Assembly: GCA_965649825.1 (NCBI GenBank)
Contig: OZ287711.1
Span: 416,781-480,780 of the forward strand
Direction of reading: 5' to 3'
DNA: 64,000 nt
Source of the DNA: Penicillus capitatus
Taxonomy: Eukaryota; Plantae; Chlorophyta
Shown: one piece after another, positions 50,230 to 60,863 of the stretch
Position numbering within the stretch: position 1 is the stretch's first letter
Layout of the letters: every line of letters starts with the position of its first letter
Translations under genes and position numbers: made by a program
The notes under the pieces: model-generated
Told to the model about the DNA's origin: nothing
The model's input: the letters and a program-made list of their open reading frames with translations, nothing else
Databases searched by the model: none

Positions 50230-51231
50230 AGCTGCAACCCAACCATTAAACAACAGAAGTGCCCTCGCAATAAAACCGTTTTTATTTTCGTTCGTGTCAA
50301 GTCTGCCTGGTCTCAGGATTCGTTCGTTATGATTGTTGGGCTGTCAGAAGAGGCAAAAGAGGGCATCTCGCTTTGTTGCTTCTTTGTCCCACACAAAGCC
50401 AGTCTAGCATCTTAACGTTGTTGTCGAGATGCAAGGAGTAGAATCTTCTTGCGACGCACCATCAGTTTTTTTCTCTATTGATTCGTTTGAACGCGAGGAC
50501 TGCAAACATGGGACGGAATTTGTGCGGGCGAAATGGTACAGCGAATGTCGAAACGATCGTTCATTTAAGAAGGGATGTTGGCGGTTTCGTCAAGTTCTCA
50601 CTCCTCGCTCGGCGAAAATGGACTTAGAGCACAGCGGATATGTTTCATGCAGCATCGCAGAGGGTAATTCGATGCTCAGAAACGCCTATTCTTGTGAACG
50701 CGTCTCGACGACGGGCACGTCGACACTTTATCTACGTCTTATCTTCGAGGCGAGGTGCCCGCGAAGCAGGCAAGGCGGAAGCGGACGGGCACCTTCCTCT
50801 CCTTGTAAGGTCACAGAAACGGCAGTCGGCAAACTGAACAAAGGAACAGTGATGGAAGCACTTCTGAGCAGGGAAGGAGTCACTGACCGACGAACTCAGC
50901 GCCTTCCAGCTTCAGCTTAACGACGCGCGTCCGGAATGATGGATCGACGATGAAGGGTGCGATGACACTCGTCAGAAGGCAGAAGGCATTTTCTGATTTA
51001 GCATTACCAGTAAGACGGTCTCAAAAGGCACTGTTTTCGTTTCCATCGCCAGACTAGAGATATCAAAGTTTAGCAAGCCAGTGTGATCCTATTGACACGA
51101 GTGATATCAAGATTTTTAAAACAAAATAAAACAGAATAACTCTTCGTTACAGATGATGATGCTTGATCGAATAACCCTCTTTTGTATGGTTTTCCAGCAT
51201 GACGTCACGATGGCGTCACGCTTCATGTAAC

Positions 51232-51380
51232 TGTTAGGACGTGAGATGGACATCGGATTCTAGGAGTGTCTAGTCACCTCAACGATGTACTTGATATGAC
51301 TGGTTGTGTATAGAAGGAGCCAGATGGGCCTCCTCGTTGTAACAAAGGTTGGCGTGTTCTGGTAATACGATCCTCTAACA
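51232..51380. mobile_element. 149-bp solo-LTR-like insert, 4-bp TSD TAAC
   Basis: TGTTAG...CTAACA termini, TAAC on both sides. Removing it restores colinearity with 57385-57539. Confidence 0.8.
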
Positions 51381-51662
51381 TAACGATGTGGCCTTCCTCT
51401 TCAGTTTTTCTTCCTTCCTTGACTTCGTGACAGTGACGCTATAGTGACAGAAAAAAGGTTTTGAAGTTAAAGGAGTTGTTCACAAGAATCTAGATTTTTT
51501 TAACATGTACTGTCCTTTTCATTTGTTTACGTCGTAGTTCTCACGGTGTAAGTTAACAGCCGATGGCGCGGGAAAACAAGGCGAAGAGTCGGGAGAACTA
51601 ATCTCTCAAAAAGACTGTTTGACTTCCTCCTTTTATAATGACACATGATTCATTTGATTGTG

Positions 51663-51840
51663 TGTCAGACTAAATGAGCACAATGAAGGCATCCCGACTG
51701 TATAAGGGAAGTCACATCAGAACCTACTACATGTCACATCAGAACCCTAGCACTATAAAAGGGGGACAATTGTGTTGTTTACGTCATTCTGTTTTAAAGT
51801 CTTTCGCTAATGCGTGTGTTTGTTCACCGACAACGCGACA
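51663..51840 (+). mobile_element. 178-bp solo LTR, 5-bp TSD TTGTG
   Basis: TGTC...GACA termini, TTGTG on both sides, internal TATAAAAGGGGG. Confidence 0.8.
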
Positions 51841-52337
51841 TTGTGTCAGTTGTAATCATTCATTTTCACACGCTTCCCTGTGCTGGACTTCCCGGAGTGA
51901 ATCCACATATACGATCAAACTACGAGAGCCGCATTGGAGTTCCCTGAGGTGATTCGATATCGCTCTGTTCACCGGATAAGGCCCCTTCCAGAAGGGTGCA
52001 AACTTTTCGTCTAAACGGCCCATTCGAACGTGATCTCTAAGCCAGACGCTCTCGCCAGCTTGAAAGAGTAAACAAAAAGGAGGAGATCGACCCTCGGAGG
52101 TCTTCTGCTGCCGGGCGCAAGTTTTCTGCCTCGCTCGAGAGCGCGCTTGTCTGACCTCTGAGATTACCTCGGCCTCCAAGCGACCCATTGCCCAGAGCTT
52201 CGCTGGCGGTGATCCCGTGACATCATTGGCAGTTTCATTAATCACGTCTGTCGCTTTCTTCAGGAGTTTCATCCAGGTGGGCCTTCGGGCCCCTTCATGC
52301 ATCATTCGACGTAATCGCCCGATCAAATTCTGATTAC

Positions 52338-52803
52338 TGTCGCCCAGGATTAGAATCCACTTGGGATCTTTCTTCGTCGACCTCTGTGTTGCTCGGTCCC
52401 TCTTCCACAGGGCGGCGCAGTTGGTTCTCGGTTTGAGTGATATTTTGCCGCGTATCAGGGCTGCCTTGTTCTGCTCGTCTAAAGAAGTCGAGCGCCGACA
52501 GATACGGCGTATTCTGGTATAACGGTGGATAGGGAACAACGGCACGCGAAGGTGATTGCGTCTCGTCGTCAGCCAGGGTGGGATTCACTCACACACACAC
52601 GTTATGCAGGAAAACACAAAAGCTTTCAAAATGCACAAGTTCGGGGTTTTATCCGTTCCAAGTGATGTCACCCTCTGAGTAAGTGAGTCACCCTAACGTC
52701 AGAACCAGAAACCAATGCCTCCGATGATTCAACCCACGCCCCCTCAACAGGTGGCCTCATCGAAAACGAGGCAGTCCCATCGCCAAACCAAATCTTGGCG
52801 ACA
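52338..52803. mobile_element. 466-bp solo LTR inserted in the integrase, 5-bp TSD ATTAC
   Basis: TGTCGCC...GGCGACA termini. Removal rejoins AHHSNRQIERCNQNLIGRLRRM. Confidence 0.9.
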
Positions 52804-54258
52804 ATTACATCGTTCGATCTGTCTATTCGAGTGATGAGCGTGACCGGTGCCAGTACGCCTCGGATGCCTGCGTTACGGAGCCACGATTGAAACTTCTCGG
52901 ACGTGAAATATGAAGCTGAGTCAGTCAGCAGAAACTTGGGCACTCCAACTTCATCGAAAAGACGTTGTAAGTGACGTTGAGCCGTCTTGGTATCCGCACG
53001 TTTCGACGCTGACGTCCACAGAAACCTTGAGAGATGATCAGTCACTGCCAAGATATACTGCACTCCTCCTTCAGCAGGTTTGAGGGGACCAATAAAGTCG
53101 GCACTCCAAACATCTTTGACATCCATGACTTCTTCAACTACTCCTAGAGGAACCACAGGCTTCGCCGCCTTAAAGCGTTGACACGCTGTACAGCTTTCGA
53201 CATAAGCCTTGACCGCTTTCCACGTCGCTCCTCCTCCAAGTGCCTTCAATCGTTGCATCGTCTTGCGTGCACAGAACTGGCCATCATGCGCCCTTTTCAA
53301 CAGGCGATAAGGATCTTCTTGCATGGCTCTCAAGTGTGGCATTCGTGACAGAAAGTCTGGGATTACATTGCTTCGACCATCGACGAATCGAATGTCAGGA
53401 CAAAACTCCAGAAGTTTCACAAGACGTCTGTACACAAATGGACTGCAATTGTCTGGATTATCCAAGCTGAACGTGGAAATGTTGTCGGTGTAGACGGTGA
53501 CGTCCCGTCCGTAGATGTACGGCTTAAATCGCTGCAACGGTTGTAGCAGCGCTTCAGCTTCAAGTTCGTTCGAACGGTGCTTCTGCATCTGCGAATTCCA
53601 CAGGCCGGACGTGCACGCTATGATGGCTTGATCTTGCTGAAGGCACGCGCCCCATCCAGTGCTTGATGCATCCACACTGACCGAGTAATCTTTCGTTGAT
53701 GATGGTAGAGTAATCCTGACAGTGTGTTGTTTGAGCAATTTCAAGAACTCTGTCCAGTCTTCTGACTTGCCGGATTCTTCACACCTCTTCAATGCTTGCG
53801 AAACAGTAGCTCCTTTCCATACGAATCTGCAAATTTCATTCCACCAATCCTTCACCTTGCGCCACTCTTTTATTCCTTGAGGGGGCTTCATGTCTTGCCA
53901 TTGGGTGAGCACCGCTGATTCTGGGGTCCACCCTTCAGTTGACAATTCCATGCCCAGGTACTAGAAGCTTGTTCTTCCAAATTTACTCTTCTTGGGATTG
54001 AGTTTCCAGCCGTCTTTGACCAGTGCCCTCAAGAGCAGTTGAAGGTCCTTTTCATGCTGTTCATCGGAACAGCTCAGCACCAAGATGTCATCTGCCTACA
54101 CTATTAGTTGCGATTGTATTTTAACATTACGCAAAGTCTTATCGAGCGCCCGCTGGAATTCGAATGGAGAATTCGAATAACCAAACGGCAGTCGATTAAA
54201 AACATACTGTTTGTTTCAGTGAGAGAAGCCGAAAAACTGTCTGATCTGTTGGCCCAAC

Positions 54259-54598
54259 TGTCGGGAATCCAATGTAATAGTGGTTCAAAAGGTAGCTGAG
54301 TCTTTGCGCGTCGAGACGACAGAAACACAATCAGATTTGAGGCAATACGAACGGGAGTTATTACAAGGCGAATTGTCGACCTTATATACCCAGGGTGGTT
54401 ATGGACTTCCTACCCTTACGTCCTAACAGCTGCGAACTCCTAGTGCATGCAGCATAACCACACCCCTTACGTTATGGGGAAGTTAGGTCGGGAGCCGACA
54501 TCCGTCGCGACCGATGGTCAGCGCGTCTGGATGGTTATGTGACGGCTCCACCGCTTCCGGTGGCTACACAGATGACAGTTAGAGGTTCATTTCCTACA
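54259..54598 (-). mobile_element. 340-bp solo LTR inserted in the RT, 5-bp TSD CCAAC
   Basis: TG...CA termini, CCAAC on both sides. Removal rejoins AYNQIVLG|QQIRQFFGF in frame. TATA-like TATATAA on the minus strand. Confidence 0.9.
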
Positions 54599-57362
54599 CC
54601 AACACTATCTGGTTGTAAGCCCTGGAAATGTCCAAGCTCGAACCGACAGAAAACGGTCGAATACTTGCCACGACATTCGTTCTCGAAGTTTTCGAGTAAG
54701 GCTCTTTTCTCACGAAACTGTCGAGTCTTCGCAAATCAGCCACAATTCGATCGCCGCCTTCCTTTTTAGGAATGCCGAAAATAGGCATGAGTAGAGGTTC
54801 TTGAGTTGCTTCGCTGACAATACCATCTTTTATCAACTGGTCCAGATCTTTCTGCAGAGCTTGCTCCTGAGCCGGTCCTCTTGGAGGTTGTTTCGGTTGC
54901 TGGCGTGGGTCAAGCGGACAGTTGAGGGGGATATGGTTGACAACATAATGTTGACATTTACCTAACGTTTCCTCAAATAGCTCTGGGAACTCTTCTTTCC
55001 ATCTTTCTCCGTCGAGTGCTGCGCTTCGACACATCGACACCTTCTCTCAGTCTTCAATGATTCGGATGCCTTGGTCAGGAATCATTATGCTTGTAGATGT
55101 GGTCATCACGTTGCATAGATCACTCTTCGGCGTAAGCGCAACAGCCGTTTTCGAGTGATTTGTTATCACACCCCGGATGCGCTTCCCATCAGTCTTCGCA
55201 TGAAACTCTATGTAACTTGGTCGGGTAGCGTCTTCGATCTGTTGAATGTCACTAAATTGGATCTGGATGTTGATGGCTCTCTTTTCTTGTGGTCCAACAT
55301 CCAATTCCTGTTAAAGGGGATCACTACTCGATTGTTTCGTTTGAATAGCATGTATTTGAGAGGCTCCAGCAATCGCACTAGGCCTGGCTGTTTGCCGGAT
55401 TTACAGCCAGACCACATCCGTTTTTTGCTCAGGTTCGTATGCCTTGAAGCATTGTACTTCTGGTTCGCCGACTTTGATCAGCTTCTTGGAGCTACAATCC
55501 ACGAGGTAGCCGTTTGTCTCGAGGAATTTATACCCTATTATCGCTTCTTGGCCTTTTCCCTTAAAACAGTAAGCGCTGAAGTTAACCGGGCGACCATCCA
55601 GCTTCGCAGGCACATCTAGATATCCCGTGATCTTCTCTCGCTCCCTGTTGGCCAAGACCACATGCCTATCTGAAGGGAGCATGCTCGAGGCCAGTCCGAG
55701 GGCTCTCACGGTTTCCTCTTGTAGGAAATTATCTGTGGCTCCAGTATCTATGAGAGCACGGATTGACTTTCCTGCCATCTCAAGGTTAGCATGCATAGAT
55801 GCTTTCTTAGGTTGGACACTTCTGCATACAAGCGGCGATTCAGTTCTACTTCTGCTTTCAACTTCGCAAAGATGAGCTCTGTCAAGAGCTTCTTCTTCAT
55901 CCATATTAGCATGGCGCGCTTCTTTGGCTTTCGAAGAATGCGTTCGACGTGGGTCAGCCTCGGCTCTGATTGCGCGTTGTCTCTCTTCAAAATAGCGATC
56001 TTCAGAGAGAAATTCTTTGAACGCAATCATGATCTGATTCTTCGTCTTCAGTGTCAGAGGGAATTGTAGCTTGCCATCCCTCACGATAACGTCCCTCACA
56101 GCGCGACATGTTTCGTCTTCGTCTATGGCTGCATTACACATCGTTTGCATCGATCCGAGATCCATGCAGTCACCAAGTTTCATCGGCGGTCGGACCTCTC
56201 CGGATCTTAATCGAATGCAATCCATCACCACACAGACTCTGTCGTAGATGAACTGGAGAGTGAGCTGATTGATGGCCACAGTCGACAGATGATACACAAA
56301 GTCGACAGGGAGTTTCTGGACTAAAAGATGAGTCACATTTTCTTCTGATAGGAGTTTCTCATCAATATACGTTTTCCCGGCTCTTCCGAATCGAACAACG
56401 AATTCGAGGAGCGTCTCCGTAGGTTTCTTCTCTAAAGCCTTCAGTTGAGCGAGGGGCTCAAGAGCGCTCTCTTGTGGAACAATTTCTTCAACTCACACTT
56501 GATGGCACCCCATTTCAGCAGTTCATCAGTCTGAGTTCGGAAGAATGCCTCGTCTTTTCCTGCATAGTACCCCGTTTTGACTTGTTCGGGTGGTAATCTC
56601 TTTACGCAGTGAACGGCCTCGAGAAGGGACTTTTCCAAAGGATTGGCGTAGTCAATCCACGACAGAAACAATCGCAGACGTTCATTGCCCGCATTTGTGC
56701 AGGACTCCAAATGATTGACTACTCTTCTGTACGTTTTTCGGTCCCACAGATGAAGAGGTACTGGAGGCGCTTCGAGTCCTGAGCCTCCGACACAGTCTCG
56801 AGCGATCAGTACCGTCGCGTTGACCGAAATCGAATCCCGCATTCGCACACCATATCTCCCTTGCGCCGTCAAGAGAGCGACGCGTCCGCGCTCAAGACGG
56901 AAAAAATCACACGCTGCGTCTTCTTCTCAGCGCGTGGACTGTCCATTCCATCACGTCTACTGGCTGCCACGCTTTCCTCGCCTTTTCTGCAATCCAGGCT
57001 GATCACTCAGGGTTACAGCATCGTCCGTCGCCTCAGACTTTCGGCTCAGTACTCGACGTCGCTGCGACCTCAGCAATCATCGAATTCCACCAGTTTCTGA
57101 GATTTCTGGCGAGTGTCTAAGTGTTCACAGATGACAGTGACGTTTTTCCGACCATTCTGAGAATACACGTCACCCAGACTCGAACTCTGGACACTTGCCA
57201 ATTCACGATTTTCACGTCTTATTGCAGACTCGTCTTTCACCCTACTTCGGTCATTTCTCGGCTCTCTCGAGCGCCCTCTTAACCGTCGCCGACTGCTTCT
57301 TTACGTTCAAGCGACCAGTCCTGACGGCCTCCAAACCGTCGACAAAGACTTCTTCGCTTAAT

Positions 57363-57539
57363 CAGCCAGCGGACCAACAAAAACTCAGGCAACTTTTTTG
57401 TTGCAGCTGATTCTTTGTTCGGATAACCCCCTTTTTATATGGCTTCCTAGCATGACGTTATGATTGGCGTCATGCTTCCCGTGATGACGCGACCTTCCTC
57501 TTCAGTTCCCCTTCTTCCCTTGACTTCGTGATAGTGACA
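57363..57539 (-). mobile_element. Possible 5' LTR remnant and primer-binding site of the Gypsy element (counterpart about 51130-51449)
   Basis: Both segments begin TGTCAC on the minus strand and align by eye. TGGTCCGCTGGCTG at 57376-57363 would pair with a tRNA ending C1:G72/A73 (Tyr-like). No outer TSD or polypurine tract was found. Confidence 0.4.
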
Positions 57540-57639
57540 ATGGTATGAGCATAAAAGATGTCGCGGATTCGCTCGGTGCCGCTTTGATCGGATGGTCACA
57601 TAATTGACTCGCAATGAAATCAATTCGGTACTTTCACAT

Positions 57640-57725
57640 AGAGACATAAAGATCTTCAGGGGTTATAAATACGGCTATGGTAGATTGTCGATAAAACGAC
57701 TCTGTCTCGTTCCGTTTGCAGAGAC
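57640..57725 (+). pseudogene. Remnant of the 3' end of a third GTPase copy
   Basis: AAGATCTTCAGGGGTTATAAATACGGCTATGGTAGATTGTCGA aligns with 43748-43795 (KVFKGYEYGPWEIVD), and the downstream spacer is homologous. Confidence 0.65.
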
Positions 57726-58826
57726 CGATCTAATCTTGTCTATTATTGATTAGGCGCCGCTGCTGATGATCGATGTCGTTGTTTGTTTTGCTTCTTCTGA
57801 TGACGAGTCGAAGAAAGGCTGTACCATTTCTGTGCTGCGCTCGGGTGAACGTTTCTTTGTTCGGAATGCGTGTTTTCATCGACGACAAGAAATCGATGGC
57901 CGTCGTGCAGGTCTTCTCTAAGTGTTTGTACGAAGCAAGAGACTTGTTATTAAGGAGAGGAAGACTGTCCAGCTCTTAACGGATCTCAGCTCGGCATTTT
58001 CTTGCACTGATCCGTTTGTTACTTGTCTCTTGGTTGCCGACAAGTCACATCTTTGCTGTTGTAAGTCAAGGTTTTTTAGGGACATAGGAAAGGGTTAGAG
58101 CGAGCGTCTGTTTCCGCAAGAGACGCCCGTTAGAGACAAGCGATTACGTACACACTGGCTTTAGAGGGCCGTACGATCACACTTGGCGTCAATCAAGAAT
58201 CCGAGATGACATTCGCGTCGTCGCATGTTACGAAGTGAACGTGCTTCGAGTGGCAAAATCGAGAGAAAAAAGGGCGAACTGCAAATCCGAGCAACCTGAC
58301 AGAGATGCAGAGATTGATAAACATCCGAGGTATTCTGAACAATGCTTGCTGTTATCACAGACGCTTTGACGTCTGCTTCCACCTGATCTAAAACGTGTTT
58401 GCCTCACACATCCTTCGTGTGCAACAGGGCGGCACAGCTAATCATTTAGCTGTCTTCTTTTGTCTTCGTAGTCATCAACGATCTGCTGTGAATCTACAAG
58501 AGATCGATCAACGTGAGCCAATTGATGAGTAAACAAACAGTAAGTGAAGGAGGTGGCAGCGGCGAGCCCTTGATAACCATATGATCGCTCTTTATAAGAA
58601 CGCCGAGGATGCGTAACACTTGGAGTTTCACTCAACGACCATCGGCACCAAAAATTCTGATGACTTGAGATTTAAAGACGAACTCGAAGGAGTTTCCAGT
58701 CTGACTGACCACTCGCGTTTTGTTGCAAGACTGCGGCGTTTATGACCAAACGGAGGGTCCTTCGAGGAGTCTCGGCAGACTGACCAGTTGGAGGATTGAC
58801 TTCCGGGTCACACTCTCCCGAGCGTC

Positions 58827-60503
58827 ATTTTTTCCTCGTACGACACTTTCGTTCCGCCGCTTCGAAAACCCTTGCAGAACGACGGTGCCCGCACGCGTGA
58901 CAACGAACTATGCAGCCTTCTGGCTCCCAGTCTGGAGGTCCTGACACCGCCCCCGACCCAGTGCGCACGGCGGTTGCTCAGGACGCAAACACGGTCCGAT
59001 ACCGGCGCGACCTGCGCCGGTCGCCGGAGGTTCTGGAGAACATGAGCAAGGCTGAGCTCATACTCGTGAACACCGCAGTCCGGGCGTGCCCCACAAAAGA
59101 CGCTGCTTCCATGGACTCCACACAGCTCATCCTGAGAATCCGAGCTTGTTTGGAAGCCCACGAGAGGCGAGACGCCGTGCAGCTCCGACTAGTCCGCCGC
59201 CACGAAAGCACCCGAGACTCGCTCCTATTTGCCCCAGAAGGTCCCTTCTATGATCCGCACGCTAAGTCTTCCTGCCTCTCACAGATCTGCCGGTACAAAG
59301 AAACAGTTACCCCGTCAGATCTCTTGGAAGCACTCGCCCAAGACCTCGACAATTCGCAAGCTCATCTGGCATGCGCCATAGGAACCGTTCTACCCGAAAA
59401 CCGAGAAACGCTTCTGGGAACCGCCACTCGTCTTGAGGAGATAGGAAACTGTCTCAAATTTCACAAGTCCATGGTCTCGTTCACACCAGCACCCCCCACT
59501 TCCAATGGTCCACGTTACATCACCTTCTGCGGCCGGCACAGCTCGAGAAGACACCCGCTCGTACCGCGACGCCGCCCGTCAGTCCTTGCCCTCAGAGCAG
59601 CCCCTGACCACGACCCTCGCCCAGCGTCAACGAACCACCCAGGCACGAGAGATCCGGATGCAAACCAATGCAATCAAGGCCCAGATCCGCTGTGACGAAC
59701 GCAGTTTCCAGCTCTGCCCAGTAACCCTAAAAGGAGAGCGCCCGTCCTTTCGCCAGCTTGGCATCAGTCTGGAACGAACGCTGAAGATCCAGAACCTGAA
59801 GGAATATGTCGAAGACATCCGGGCAGATCACGGCGGAAGATACTACGTGCAGATTCGGGCAGAACTGATTCAGAAATTCGAACAGGTTCTCGACCGTTGC
59901 CTGGAATGCGCCGGTGTCGGATGGGACCTGGAGCTGGACGACATCGGGACCTTCACAGTCAACAATTCGTACGTCTCGCCCACCAAAGACAAGATTCCGG
60001 TGGTCATTGGCAACGTTGACACAGATATTGACCCCGAAGCAGCTTTCGAAGCTATCGAACACAGAATGCATCCCGATGGAACCTCACAGCTACCGACCTA
60101 CAAGAATCGCACCTCGCGGCCCCGCACCGGTTGAATCGCAGGAAACGTGATCCCTCAGGACAGCCTCTTCCCGACTGGCTGCCAAGCAAGACCTGAAAGT
60201 CTTCATATCGAAGACACTCTACGAGAAGCTCCATGAAGAGAGCAAGACTCCGTACGCGACACTGGATTACATGGTCCTCCCGATACGCCCATTCGTTCGT
60301 ATCACTAGCGCGCCTCGTGGAAACACTGGATAGCACGCTGAGCAACCGGTTTATCTATCACCTCCACCGTACACGAGATCATGATCTTCCCTTCCCTGCC
60401 TAGTCACCTCCGTCCTGAGCCTTTGATCGTTGGTCTTGTCACTGAAACAGCTGCGCCTTTGATGTTTAACTTAAAAAGGGCTGTAAGCACGACCAACTTT
60501 ATT
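58827..60503 (+). mobile_element. 1.68-kb non-LTR-type insertion encoding only a frameshifted ORF1/gag-like protein, 15-bp TSD
   Basis: ACTCTCCCGAGCGTC at 58812-58826 and 60504-60518. The insert is absent from the paralogous site at about 44890. ORFs 58910-59695 and 59505-60134 include an SYRDAA motif; no RT or endonuclease motifs seen. Confidence 0.8.
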
Positions 60504-60863
60504 ACTCTCCCGAGCGTCTCTCTCTACGCATACAGCGTACCTCTACAATCCGCATGCGCTTCTCAGACAATGCTTGCCGATGTGTCGAAGCTGATGCGCT
60601 AGACGGCGGTCCTGCACACAAGACAACGCAGGTTACCGGCGAGGCCATCTATCGCCGGAAGATGGCGAATCTCTGCGCATTGGTGTCGCATACGCAGCAG
60701 TACTTGACATCCGACGCTTGACGTTTTAATCGAAGCGATGAGTCGAATCTTCATCTGCTGCAGAAACTACGCGTAACTCCACCGAACGCGTTACGCACCG
60801 AGGTCGGTTCGCTGTTCGTTTTCCTTACGTCAAAAGATCTCTGGTGCTTCGCAGACTCCAGTC

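Larger units (their letters stand above)
51856..56872 (-). mobile_element. Degenerate Ty3/Gypsy LTR retrotransposon (gag-PR-RT-RH-IN)
   Basis: Protease ALIDTGATDNFL; RT RLPFGYSNSPFEFQR with YADD mutated to *ADD; RNase H VDASSTGWGA..ELEA..VYTDN..DFLSR; integrase WSADFIGPL, LLTDS and GPY. Several stops and frameshifts. Confidence 0.95.
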
